Shown one piece after another: positions 23,709 through 36,819 of a stretch of 64,000 bases of DNA. The stretch comes from Octopus sinensis (lineage: Eukaryota). Where the stretch lies: NCBI RefSeq assembly GCF_006345805.1, contig NC_042998.1, positions 26,536,001 through 26,600,000 on the forward strand, read 5' to 3'. Under the pieces are notes generated by a model. That model was not told the origin of the DNA. It worked only from the letters and a program-made list of their open reading frames with translations, and did no database searches. The translations under genes were made by a program, and so were the position numbers. Numbering within the stretch: position 1 is the stretch's first letter; every line of letters begins with the position of its first letter.

Positions 23709-25367
23709 CTATAAATAACAACAACGAAAAAGAAGTAAAATTATTAAAAATCTTCGGGAAAAAAAGAATTGTTATGTTGCTTAAATATCATTTCAATCAG
23801 ATCAGACAATGTGACTCGTATACTTATAAATAATGTATGTGAATAAGCAGAGGAAATAATTTCCATTGATTTTGAAAACAAAGAATGTTGTACAGCGGAG
23901 GATTTCCAAAAATTATTAATACAACAAAAGGAAAGAAATTAATGAATTACTGAGGGTTGAGAAATTTTGATTTTTGAGAAATTAAGAGAAAGAAACACAC
24001 GAAAAAAATCCCTTTTTTTTTTTGTTACTTTAATGTATGATTAGAAAAATATTGAACAGCTGGAAACATCCTAATCTGTTAAACGAAGCAAAAAAATAGA
24101 AACTTTTACATTTCTAATATAACATTTACTTCTTTTTTTTATTTTCGATAATGCTACGAGCCATTGTTTTTTTTTTCCATCAATTTTCCATCAACAAATG
24201 GCAACATTAACAAGAAAGGCTATTAACAGAAAGAAATTCAGGAAATACTAAACAAAATTTGGTAAAGAAAAACGTAAAACCAAAAAACAATATCAGTTTT
24301 ATAGTGATAATTTCTTTCTTTTGAATGAATTGTTTTCTAATTACAGCTTGAAAATTACAACTTGAAGATAAAAGTAAAATCATATGAATTTCGGATTTTA
24401 AAGATCGACTCAACTACAAGAAAACTGCTTAAAATCTTATTAGAAACACACATTAAAAAAAAAAGAAAAAAATTACAAAGTAATTTTTCTTCCCCTTTGT
24501 TTAAAGAACTATTTGACAGTCTTTTGATACTGTTATGAAGAAACAATAATAGAAGAGCATTTCTGTAAATAAGAGGAAAATAATCTGGAACCAAAATAGA
24601 TTATGATATATTTTTAACATAAACTTCACACTGGCTTCATCATTTCATCCTTAAAATAGTAGATATATTATAAGGCGAAAGGTATTTGAGTGGCTAAGTT
24701 TCTGACCTCATTTTCTTTTTTTTTTTTTTATTCCCAGGCATCTTATTTTCTCTTTACTCGTGTTATTAATGGTTTTGGCAAAAGCATGAATGTAAACTTG
24801 ATAATTTCCCAGTTCCTTAAAGTCAATGGTGCTAATTATTCAGTGACGAATATTTCTAATCAGGAAAAGTCGAGCAACTATCTTCCTCATTTGTATGAGA
24901 TAAATAGAATATTGATCAATTTATTTTACTGTATTATACTTTCTTTTACTTATTAATAATGGCCTGACAGAATTGGTGGAGAAAAGTCAAAGAAATAAGT
25001 CTCATTCCCTCTATGTTCTGAGTTTAACATCTACAGGGGTCAACTTTAATTTCCCTTCTAGGGTCACTACCAAAAATACTAATAAAGTACCGAAGGTGTT
25101 ATAGTTGACTTTTTCCCCCTCCAACCAAATTTGTTGTTGTGTGCTAATGTTAGAAAACAATTGTGTATAATACCACAAAAGTTGTTCATACAATATGAAA
25201 CCAAAAGCTTAAGTTTCTTTTATAGAACAAATGTGGTTGGAATTCTGACAGAGAGTAACAATTTCCATAGTTTTCTAAAATTTATAAATATGAGAATATT
25301 GCATTGCTAACACATAAGTAAGGCACAATACTGACTTGTAAACCTTTAATATACTCGGACATATCAA

Positions 25368-25803
25368 GTGGCGAGCTGGCAGAAACATTAGCATGTGAAA
25401 TGCTTAGTGGTATTTTATTTGTCTTTACGTTCTTAGTTCAAATTCCACTGAGGTTGACTTTGCCTTTCAATCTTTCAGGCTCGATAAATTAAGTAACAGT
25501 TGCATATTGGGGTTGATCTAATCAACTGGCCCCCTTGCCAAAAATTTCAGGCCTTGTGCCTAGAGTAGAAAAGAATATAATTAAAGGTAACAAACTGGCA
25601 GAAACGTTAGCACACCAGGCGAAATGCTTGGTGATATTTCGTCTGTTTTTATGTTCTGAGTTCAAATTCTGCCAAGGGTGACTTTGCCTTTCATCCTTTT
25701 GGGGGTTGATAAATTAAGTACCAGTTGCATACTGGGGTCGATCTAATCGACTGGCCCCCTCCCCCAAAAGTTTTGTTCCTTGTGCCTAAAGTTAGAAAAG
25801 AAT
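25368..25803 (+). mobile_element. Two tandem family B SINEs, short-tail variant
   Basis: Heads at about 25368 and 25584; tails GGCCTTGTGCCTAGAGTAGAAAAGAAT. Confidence 0.8.
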
Positions 25804-26584
25804 ATACTCAGACGTCTATTATGACTGCAAAATGAAATACTGTCTCCTCGCTAGCAATTAATTTCCATAGTATGTTTTGTCTATTTAATTTATTTTCTCA
25901 AACTCAATAATAGCATGAAAAATAGGTTTTAAAATATGTGACTAAAATTTTATATTCCTAGTATATCTCTTTTGTATTTTTTTTTTATTTTTTTTTTTTT
26001 ACTTTTCCTTCCCTACCACAAGAAAATTAATGATCATACTTGATATAGAGTATTTATAATGCTACTAGAAGCACGCGCTTGTTTATAATGTAAGGTATAT
26101 CATCTATTAGCTTACCTATTGAGTGGCTACATTCGAAATTCTTATCTTCAACAAACATCAGTTTCATATTATTGACACTGCATACAAATTCAATGGAAAT
26201 TTTAACTGTCTTATTTACCAATACATAATCATCTCATATTAAAGGCCCTTAAGGAATGCAGAAAAGATTCTATTTAAGTGTGCTGATTACAACTTTAAAC
26301 AACTTACAGGTTGCAGTATTGTGGTTATAAGTGAGAGCTAGTCTAAGTGAGACATCAAAAATAAGAATCTCAGAAACAATTTCGGTTTTGAGACATAACA
26401 GTAACAGAAGGAATGGTGTATAGATTGTTTTCTATTGATCAAAAATATTGGAGAATGCATTAAAATTTTTCACACATTTATCTGATAAATTGTTTATTTG
26501 TTTCCTTTTCAATTGTGGAAAGAGAACTTTGCAGACAACCAATAAAAGGGAAAGAATAAATTATGCTAGACAATTGAAACTAAC

Positions 26585-26662
26585 ATTCTCCTCATCACTG
26601 TATGTTTTACAAAAATACTGTCTTGATATGACAATATCAGGAGGACTTTTCTTGTAGAAGGT
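26585..26662 (-). other. Candidate 78-nt exon, unverified
   Basis: TTTCCTTTTCTTTCTTTTGTCAG| and |GTTAGT; phase 0 TFYKKSPPDIVISRQYFCKTYSDEEN. Confidence 0.3.
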
Positions 26663-26746
26663 CTGACAAAAGAAAGAAAAGGAAAGAAAATATCAACATC
26701 GTTTTAAATGTCCACTTTTCCATGCTTGAATGGGTCAGATAGAATT

Positions 26747-27031
26747 TCATCATCATCATCATCGTTTAACATCTGCTTTCCATGCTAGCATGGGTTGGAC
26801 GATTTGACTGAGGTCTGGCGAACCAGATGGCTGCACCAGACTCCAATCTGATTTGGCAGAGTTTCTACAGCTGGATGCCCTTTGTAACGCCAACCACTCC
26901 GAGAGTGTAGTGGGTGCTTTTACGTGCCACTGGTACGAGTGCCAGTCAGGCGGTACTGGCAATGGCCATGCTCAAATGGTGCTTTTTATGTGCCACCTGC
27001 ACAGGAGCCAGTCCAGCAACCTCGCTCGAAT
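26747..27031 (-). mobile_element. Family C RTE 3' end
   Basis: Consensus. Confidence 0.8.
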
Positions 27032-27586
27032 GTTTGTTGAGGGATATTTTTTTACTGCCAGATGCCCATTTCTGACACCAGCTCTCACCTGTTTCATGAA
27101 AGGTAATATTTTCCCATGACTAGACATGTTTCCATAGAAGACTGAAAATGAACAACACTACTTACATGACAGGGACATTCGTTTACAACAATCACATGAA
27201 ATCAAGCCAAGGAGACAATAACATACACTCATATATGCGATGGGATTCTTTCAGTTTCCATCTACCAAATCTACTAATAAGGCTTTGGTCAGCCTGGAGC
27301 TCTAGTAAAAGGCTTTGGCCCAAGATGCCATACAGCAGGACTGAACCCAAGTGGCTGGGAAGCAAACTTCTTACCATACAGCCAAGCCTGCATCTAAACC
27401 AATGGCTGCTCCTTAGGAAGGAATTCCAACCAAGTTTCATAGTTTGCTACCTCAACAACTCTTTATAGGATCCAGTGGCTAAAGATATCAAGAGGAGGAA
27501 CCACATCTGGTTTTGGCCCCTACTCCTCTACCATTTTTGAGGAGTAGGGGTCGCATCTAAACCCATGGCTGCTCCTTAAAATATAA

Positions 27587-27966
27587 TCTCTATATACAAA
27601 GCTGAAGTTGTCTGTGTGTGGCAGGTTTGGGAGCCTTCAGCTAACACTATCTCCTCCGAGACTCTGCGACACAAGTTGACAAAAATTGACAGAAGGCTTG
27701 CTCTTCATTCCATAGAAGAAAAAATTCAAATTGGACCATGTTAAGACCAAAAATTATTTACATCAAAAAGGTGCTTTTTTTTCTATGAAAATCCCTATTT
27801 TTTACGATTTTTTGACTGCTGTGTCACCATTTTTCGGTGTATTTCAACCAGAAAAGTGTTCACTTAAAAAGAATAACAAGCTACATAATGCAAAATTTTT
27901 ACTTTTCAAAAATTCCAATTCTAAATGGTCGAAACAAACCCAAGCAATGCCGGGCGATACTGCTAG
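27587..27966 (+). mobile_element. Non-autonomous Helitron
   Basis: A|TC...CCCAAGCAATGCCGGG hairpin...CTAG|T. Confidence 0.85.
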
Positions 27967-28129
27967 TAATCATAAAAGGTCTTACAATGAGTGCAAACAT
28001 GGCTGTGTAGTTAAGGAGCTTACTTCACAATGATGTGGATCTAGGTTCAATCACACAGACAGCACCATTGTGTCTTCTCCCATCGTCTTTGGATTGGCCA
28101 ATGCCATATAAATGAAAATTGATAGACAG

Positions 28130-28545
28130 AGTTCAAATTCCGCCGAGGTTGACTTTGCCTTTCATCCTTTCAGGATTGATTAAGTAAGTACCTATTTCTT
28201 TATTTCCCACAAGGGGCTAAACACAGAGAGGACAGACAAATGGATTAAGTCGATTACATCGACCTGAGTGCGTAACTGGTCCTTAATTTATCGACCCCAA
28301 AAGGATGAAAGGCAAAGTCGACCTTGGCGGAATTTGAACTCAGAACATAACGGCAGACAAAATACGGCTATGCATTTCGCCTGGTGTGCTAACATTTCTG
28401 CCAGCTCACCGCCTTATATAAAAACCAGTTGATTAAATAAGTACCAGTTGCGCACTGGGGTCGATATAATCGACTTAATCTGTTTGTCTGTCCTCGTTTT
28501 CCCCCTCTATGTTTAGCCCTTTGTGGGCAATAAAGAAATAAGAAA
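28130..28545. mobile_element. Family B copy (minus, about 28192-28416) inside a family B copy (plus)
   Basis: TSD-like TTGATTAAGTAAGTACC / TTGATTAAATAAGTACC. Confidence 0.75.
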
Positions 28546-28961
28546 CTGTGTGGATGATTGTTGAGTACATATGTAATGTGTGTGTGTTTGTAAATGAGAA
28601 AATTGAAAAAAAGGTATATCACCATTTATTCTGCGTGAGGAGTTACAGAGACAATCTTTTGTCACTTTTGAATTGCAAAATGCAGTAAACAAAGTGAGTG
28701 GCCAGTTGGAAATTTCTAACTGTTGGTGCTATTGTTCACATTATGATATTAAAATAAAAATGTTTAAATGCCAGATTTTCAAACTCATTCCTTTGGTTCA
28801 CATAAAAACCTATTATCACTGATTATATGACATTTTAATAATGCAAATATTCGTAACCGTTCATCCAAACACATACATACAATTGCTGAAATAAAAATTA
28901 AAGTTCTGTTAGCAATCTATATTACTCTGTCCTTAAAGAACAGTAGAAAAGAATAATATTC

Positions 28962-29152
28962 AAGGCGGTGAGCTGGCAGAAACATTAGCACTCCAGGCAA
29001 AATGCTGTCTTTACATTTTGAGTTCAAATTCCACCAAGGTCAACTTTGCCTTTCATCCTTTCAGGGCCAATAAATTAAGTACCAGTTGCGTATTAGAGTC
29101 AATCTAATCGTCCCCTCCCCCAAAATTTCAGGCCTTGTGCCTAGAGTAGACA
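28962..29152 (+). mobile_element. SINE family B, short-tail
   Basis: Consensus. Confidence 0.8.
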
Positions 29153-29194
29153 AAATTCCTCTATTTCTTTTTTAAACCTAAGCAATTCATAAGT

Positions 29195-30272
29195 AGACTA
29201 AGGGAACTGTGGGAGATGCCTAATTCATTGGAAGCCCTCTTTTTTGATTTCTAGGGACATCGAGCGAAAGCTTGGACCACAAGCATTTCATTTTTTCCAG
29301 TGATAACACTGACCAGTCGACCACTTTTCTGTACATTGCCGATGGGCCCAGTCTGCTCAAATTTCTCACATATTCTGTAAACTGTTAATTTTGATGGAGC
29401 TGGTCTTTGAAATTCTTCAGTCCATGTCTGTCTAACCGTTTCCGCATTGTCTGTTTTCCTGTACTGCATGATTATCCTCCACTTTTCTTCATCATTAGTT
29501 AATTTTCCAGCTATATAATGAATATCTGAAATTAAGAATGATTATTTTATTTTAGAAAGAATTGGTTAAAAAGAACATAGAATCATAGAACTCATATCGT
29601 CGTCATCATCACCATTTAATGTTCACTTTCTTTACTGGCAATGGGTTGGACAGTTTGACTAAGGACTGGCAAGCCAGGGTGCTCCAATCAGATCTGGCAA
29701 GGTTTCTGCAGCTGGAAGCCCTTCCTAACACCAACCCCTCCCAGAGTGTAGTGGGTGCTTTTTATGTGGCACTGACATCAATCATGCTTGAATGGTGCTT
29801 TTTATGTTCCACTGGCATGGGAGCTAGTAAGGCAGAACTGGCATCAACCATGCTCGAATGATGCTATTTACATGCCACCAGCACAGGGCCCAGTCAGGTA
29901 GAACTGGTGTCAACCATGCTGGTTCTTTTTACATGTCACTGTCATGGGTGCCAGTCAGGCAGCACTGGCATCAGTCACGCTTGAATGGTGCCTTTTATGT
30001 GCCAGTCAGGTGGCACAACTATGATTTCACTTGACTCAACAGGTCTTCTCAAGCACATCATATTGCTTGACTTATTAAAGGGTACTTTAAACAGGCCAGT
30101 TATGCGACACTGGCATCAGCCATGGCTATGATGTCACTTGGCTTGCTAGGTCTTCTCAAGCACAGCATATCTCCAAAGGTCTTGGTCACTTGTCATTGCC
30201 TTTGTGATAGAGAAATGAAAAGAACTTCCCACTCATATTAAGCAGCTGCATACCTACTTTTGCCTACCCCTG
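29195..30272 (-). mobile_element. Tc1/mariner 5' end with HTH remnant, split by family C
   Basis: YRKTDNAETVRQ..PAPSKLTVYRICEKFEQTG..KSGR (DUF4817-like HTH); terminus TA|CAGGGGTAGGCAAAAGT. Confidence 0.7.
29595..30207 (-). mobile_element. Family C RTE 3' end, long copy
   Basis: Tandem units plus ORF end TKAMTSDQDLWRYAVLEKT. Confidence 0.8.
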
Positions 30273-31488
30273 TATGTCTATTTCTGATTTGATGCTTTCA
30301 TTGATGAAATTCAGTTTAGTATTCAAAACTCTGAGTCACTATGTAAAAACAACTGCTAAACTGCTCTGCATACTTTGATCTTTATCATAAGATTACTAGG
30401 CATATTAACAATGCATAAAGGCTAAGTGGCATACAGTAGCTAGCACTGCTTCAAATAATAGAGAACAAAAACAGAAGCCAGCTTTAAATATTACCTGAAT
30501 CACAATCTCAGATTGACAAGCTGTATGGGGCTTTGATGCATCAAAGAATCATACAACAGAAAAACAAACATCTGTGAAAATAGCAGAAGCTTTATTATCA
30601 GCCAAAAGCTTAAAATGTAGAACAGAACTCCAGAGGAATTGGAAATCTGTCAATATGGATCTTTGCCAGCATAGAATAAGACACGAAGGTATATTCATAT
30701 CTCTGTGCCTCATAATTAAATCAAATTGAATAAAATAAAATACGTTAATGAACTGACTGGAAATTATCTTTTCTAGTTTTATAGTTCAATTCTGACCATA
30801 TTCCCCACTTGTATTTCGTATCAGCATAACTATAGGCAAAGTAGAACATTTGTGTATAGAGCAAAGTCTCAACCATGAAATGAATAGTCAATACAAAATG
30901 AATCTGATAATGATAATACAAGCATAGATATCCAGTGAGATTTTGTTTTCATCTTTGTTTCCCCGTGAAGACTTATTTACAGTTTGTCTCATGTTTTACT
31001 TTTCTTCTTTATTTTATTTTTTTAATCATAGAAGATGGTTCTGAAAAACTAACAAGTGAGCATAAAAACTAATCTAGTATTTATTATTTGTAATGAGATG
31101 TTCATCAGTGAGAGATTAAAGGAAATTCATCAAAGCTGCTAAACTGATTGTGAACTTTTAAGCTAAATACCCAGTTTGATTTTTTTTTTTTCTAAGTATT
31201 AATAACTTTGCCTCCAGGACACATTTAATTAAAGCAGCTGAATTTGGTCCAGAATTCACAGAATTCATGATTGCTTTCTGTTTTTTAATACTAGAATATG
31301 ACATATAATTTTAAACTCTGCATTGGCACATATGCAGATGCAGAATCCATAATAAGCAATTTTAACATTTTAACCCCTTGACAACAGTTTTTTTTTTATC
31401 AGGCAAAGAGGGTGTATTAACGGTAATCATTTTGGCTGAGATCAGCAATTAGCACGCAACAATGGTTCAGTGTATATTTACATCAACC

Positions 31489-31720
31489 TATTTCTTTACT
31501 ACCCATGAGGGGCTAAACACAGAGAGGACGAACAAGGACAGACAAACGGATTAAGTCAATTATATCGACCCCAGTGCGTAACTGTACTTATTTAATCAAC
31601 CCCGAAAGGATGAAAGGCAAAGTCGACCTCGGCGGAATTTGAACTCAGAACGTATAGGCAGACGAAATACCGCTAAGCATTTCGCCCAGCGTGCTAATGT
31701 TTCTGCCATCTCGCCGCCTT
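31489..31720 (-). mobile_element. SINE family B, full length
   Basis: 10-bp TSD TACATCAACC. Confidence 0.9.
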
Positions 31721-31924
31721 TACATCAACCGTTTTAAAGCATGCACTGTTTATTTATGCAAACTCATCCCTGTGAAGATTGTAAATTCAACAAAACTGAC
31801 ATGGTTGGATGTGACTGTAAATTCCGTGAAGGACCAGAAGAATTTGCTGAATGTGTATGAATTTGATAGGAAGTCATAGTGGAAATAGTGGTGTAACTAT
31901 CAAAAGTGCTGCTTTTATACTATT

Positions 31925-31965
31925 ATGGTGATGAAGGACTCAAACAGAGTTGGAAACATTTACAT
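31925..31965 (+). ncRNA. Degenerate minimal hammerhead-like motif
   Basis: GTGATGA-A-GGACTC aaaca GAGTTG-GAAA-CA-TT. Confidence 0.35.
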
Positions 31966-32033
31966 GAAAAGTCTAACAAACCTATCAGATCCCTTGAAAT
32001 TTGTATGGTGGCTTCTATTATCGACTCCGTGAG

Positions 32034-32515
32034 TCATCATCATTTAACGTCCGTTTTCCATGCTAGCATGGGTTGGATGGTTTGACCGGGGTCTGGGAAG
32101 CCAGGAGGCTGCCCCAGGCTCCAGTCTGATTTGGCAGTGTTTCTACAGCTGGATGCCCTTCCTAATGCCAACCACTCTGTGAGTGTAGTGGGTGCTTTTT
32201 ACATGCCACCGGCACAGGGGCCAGAGTAAGCTGACAAACAGCCACGATCGGTTGGTACTGTTTATGTGTCACCGACATGGACGCTGGCATCGGCCTCATT
32301 TGGAAGGTGTTTTTATGTGCCACTGGCACGAGTATCTTTGATTTTTATTTTGATGTTGGTGTTGACGTACTTGACTCAATAGGTCTCCTCAAGAAGAGCG
32401 GGTCACTCTTCGATCCAAGGTTAGCACAGCCTCTGTGAGGCCCAACGTGCCACCGGCACGGGTATCACAACTACAATATCCATACGATTTTTATTTTGAT
32501 GTTGATGTACTTGAT
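32034..32515 (-). mobile_element. Family C RTE 3' end
   Basis: Consensus with internal rearrangement. Confidence 0.75.
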
Positions 32516-33511
32516 AACAAATATTCATATCAACCAGTACACAAACAGGTATAAAACTTCAGCAGATAGGGCTGCATATATTTTCATCTTCTGGCTCAAA
32601 GTGAGTACACAGCGTACAAAAATTTACACCAACCAATGTTATGGGGTCAATACACCAAATTGCCAACCTTGACATGACTAGCTGTACTTGAGAACACACA
32701 GTTACTAATACCAATAATTATATTAAAATTTTCCAAAGGAAAGTTTCTTAGTTTTGTTAAATGGTGTAAATGGGTGGCAGTTTTGATTGAATTTGTGCAT
32801 TTATTTTATGTTTAATGACAAATGAACATTAGTTATAAACATCTTGAGATCACAACTAAAATGTTCACTTCATCAAATTCAAAACCACAAAAAATTATGC
32901 ATATATAAACGGTAAAAAAATTATCGAATTTAAAAGTGCACCAAGCAATTATGTTAGGAAATTTTAATCCTATGAGATAAAAAAATAATAAAGTGAAACA
33001 ATAAAATTGTCAGTATAAATATGAATATATTTGAAATAAAGAAGAAGAAAAAAAAGAGTGAATCGCTGATTAAAAAAAAAACAACAAACTGAGCTTACTC
33101 TTTGGAAAAACTAATGACCGAAGATAAAATTAATATAGAAGGCTTTGAAAATAAACATCAATAATTTTAATCAAAATATTTTAACAATGTATAGAAACAT
33201 AAATATTTTTAAAAATCAATGAAAATATAAATAATACGATTTTGAAATAAATATCAGCACTATTATCCATTCTTATCATTTTTAACATTTATTATTTATT
33301 TATTTTGCTTTTTGATTGAAGAATTTTAGTTAATAATTGTGAAATACTCTTAAAAGAATCATTGTCCATGATATCCTTTGTTTTAGCAACTATTTTTCAA
33401 TGCTGGCATAGACTGGATAATATTGGTTTCAAATTTATGCACAAGGCCAGCAATTTTGATGGGAGGGGTAAGTCAATTACATTAACCCCAGTATTCAACT
33501 GGTACCTATTT

Positions 33512-33790
33512 TCATCATCATCATCATCATCGTTTAACGTCCGTTCTCCATGCTAGCATGGGTTGGACGGTTCGACCGCGGATCTGGGAAGCCAGAAAGC
33601 TGCACCAGGCTCCAGTCTTATCTGGCAATGTTTCTACAGCTGGATGCCCTTCCTAACGCCAACCACTCCGTGAGTGTAGTGGGTGCTTTTTACGTGCCAC
33701 CTGCACAGGTGCCAGGCGAGGCTGGCAACGGCCACAGTCGGATTGGTGCAATTTACGTGCCACCGGCACGGCAGCCAGTCGAGGCGGCAA
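33512..33790 (-). mobile_element. Family C RTE 3' end inside an old family B copy
   Basis: B-like sequence resumes at 33793-33841. Confidence 0.75.
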
Positions 33791-33859
33791 TCTCAAAAGG
33801 ATGAAACGCGAAGTTGACCTTGGTGGCATTTGAACTCAGAATTCCCCCTCCTCTCTCTC

Positions 33860-34261
33860 TATTCTTTTATTCTTTTACTTGTTTCAGTCATTTTAACTGT
33901 GGCCATGCTGGGGCACCACCTTTAGTCGAACAAATCAACCCCAGGACTTATTCTTTGTAAGCCTAGTACTTATTCTATCTATCTTTTGCCGAACCACTAA
34001 GTTACGTGGACGTAAACACACCAGCATCGGTTGTCAAGTGATGGTGTGGGGGAGAGGGAACAAACACAGACACACAAACATACATGCATATATATATATA
34101 TACAACAATGGGCTTCTCTCAGTTTCTGTCTACCAAATCCATTCATAAGGCTTTGGTCAGCCTGAAGCTATAGTAGAAGACATTTGCCAAAGGTGCCATG
34201 CAATGGGATTGAACCTGGAACCATGTGGTTGGTAAGCAAACCACTCACTACACAGCCACTC
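33860..34261 (-). mobile_element. SINE family A
   Basis: Consensus. Confidence 0.85.
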
Positions 34262-34548
34262 ATCAACATCATCATCATTTAACATCCACTTTCCATGCCA
34301 GCATGGGTTGGACAGGCAAGCTGGAAGGCTACACCACGCTCCAGTTTGATTTGGCATGGTCTCTATGGCTGAATGCCCTTCATAACACCAAACATTCTGA
34401 GAGTGCAATGGGTGCTTTTATCTACCACCGGCATAGGTGCCATTTGTATGACACTGGTATCTGCCACAACTGTGGTTTTACTTGGCTTGTTGGGTCTTCT
34501 TCTCAAGCACAATATAATGCCAAATGGACTTGGTCATTGCCTCCATGA
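34262..34548 (-). mobile_element. Family C RTE 3' end, old
   Basis: Consensus. Confidence 0.7.
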
Positions 34549-35040
34549 GTATATATATGTATAATTTCTATAGCGTATCCTCTATTTCTCTGCTAATGCC
34601 AGCCAGAGTGAGAGGCATCTTGTACTGAAAATTTTCTCAATCAATTCTTGCAAACTACGTCTGGCACATATGGTCCATAGCAGCATCCTCTCCATTCTCT
34701 GTGCATATCTTCCAGCAGCTTTCTGCCATTCTCTTGCCTTTTTTTCACTCTAAAAATGTAACAGATGCTAATAATGTTCATTTTGGTTCTCCATTGTCAG
34801 GGTGATTCCAAAACACAGAATACAACCTGTCTCATCATAAGTTTGAGCTGAACTATGTTGAATTTTTAAATATCTAACTAGTGTTTATGTGCAAGGTGCC
34901 AACTTAAGTTATCTGCTTATTCGGGTGCTTGAAGTTTTTGGAATTGACAAAAATGGAATGGACATTTTGGCCAATCCAATACATGTATACACACACACAC
35001 AAATATATGTATGTGTTTATATATATATATATATATATAT

Positions 35041-35291
35041 ATCATCATCGTCGTTTAACATCTGCTCTCCATGCTGGCATGGTGTTGGACGGTTTGACTG
35101 AGGGCTAGCAAGCCAGAAGGCTGCACCAGGCTCCAATCTGATATGGCAAGGTTTCTACAGCTGGATGCCCATCCCATCACCAACCACTCCAAGAGTATAG
35201 TGGGTATTTTTTATGTGCCACTGGCACGAGGGCCAGTCAGGCAGCCCTGGCATCGAACACACTTGAATGGTGCTTTTTACTTGCACCAGCA
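35041..35291 (-). mobile_element. Family C RTE 3' end
   Basis: Consensus. Confidence 0.75.
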
Positions 35292-35350
35292 CACACACAC
35301 ACTCACACACATATATATACACACACACACACACACACATATAGGCATGT

Positions 35351-35574
35351 TCTTTATTCTTTTATCGGTTCCAGTCATTTGACTGTGGCCTTGCTGGGGC
35401 ACTGCCTTAAAGGATTTTAGTCAAGCAAATCAACCCCAGAATTTTCTTTTTAAGCCTAGTACTTATTCTATTGGTCTCTTTTACTGAACCACTAAGCTAC
35501 GGGTATGTAAGCACAGCAGCAGTTGTCAAGCAGTAATGGAGTGTGGGGGACAAACAGACAAAAAGGCACACACA

Positions 35575-35610
<36 letters not shown>

Positions 35611-35790
35611 CACACACACACACACGACCGACAGGCTTCTTTCAGTTTCTGTTTACTAAATCCACTCACAAGACTTTAGTCAGCCCAAAGCTATAGTTGA
35701 CATTTACCTGAGGTGCCATACAGTGTGACTGAACCTGGAACCATGTGATTGGGAAGCAAGCTTCTTACCACACAGCCATACCTGCACCTA
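35351..35790 (-). mobile_element. SINE family A
   Basis: Consensus with (CATA)n(CA)n centre. Confidence 0.8.
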
Positions 35791-36819
35791 TATAGATAGA
35801 TAGATATAAATATAGATATATATATATATACACACACACCCAGACATATATATATACACAGCACAGGTGGTATGAAAAAAGTGCCCAGTACACACTGCAA
35901 AGTGGTTGGCACTAGGAAGGGCATCCAGCCATTGAATTCATGGCAAATCAAACCTTGGAACATGATGTAGTCCTTGGATTCTTCAGATCCTGTTAAACCA
36001 TCTAACACATGCCAGAATGAAATATGGATGTTCAATGATGATGATGATGATAGTGATATTCAGGTGCTTTTGTACTTGTACTAGTTGTATATAAAAGTTG
36101 TGTTTGCTTGTATAATGGCTAAATTCTATGAATATGTTTCTGTGATTATTATTTGAATGTGTATTATGTTTTGATATTTTATGTTATGATATTTTGTTCC
36201 ATAATATGTCTCTCTTCTATGTTGTCGTGTTGTGATAGCTTTATGTAAGCAGTTTGTCAACAAACAAGGTGAGGCAATCTGTTTTGTAGTCGGTTTGGAA
36301 GAATTTTTTTATGAAAGATGTTCGGTAATAATTTATATGAAGGCTATTTATTATTACATTTGTAATGTGAATAACTAAATAACTTGCAGATAAGCTCTCA
36401 TCCATTAAATTGCTGACATATTTTCAGAGATCTACGTCTGTACTCTGTAGAAAAGTCTGTACTCAGCGGAAACAAATATGACTGAAATAATTTGCAAATA
36501 TACATAGACAAGTAACAATAGTCGGTGTTTTAATTTATTGAACGAGGTTGAAAGTTGCCTTGCATTAAACATAGACTAGTTATAGAAAGGAATGTAAGAT
36601 ATGCTTATAAAAGAACACTTATCATTAAACTAGCTATGGGAACACATTAAATATGAACATTCATTAACCTCCACAAATGCTGAAACATTAATATGTTCTT
36701 AAACAATATACTACAATACTATCACATTTCAAAAACATTAGGAAAGCCCAATATCCTATGACAAATGCAGCTGAAGTAAAAGACCTTGACTGGGGAGCTT
36801 TCTTCAAACTAAATACAGA

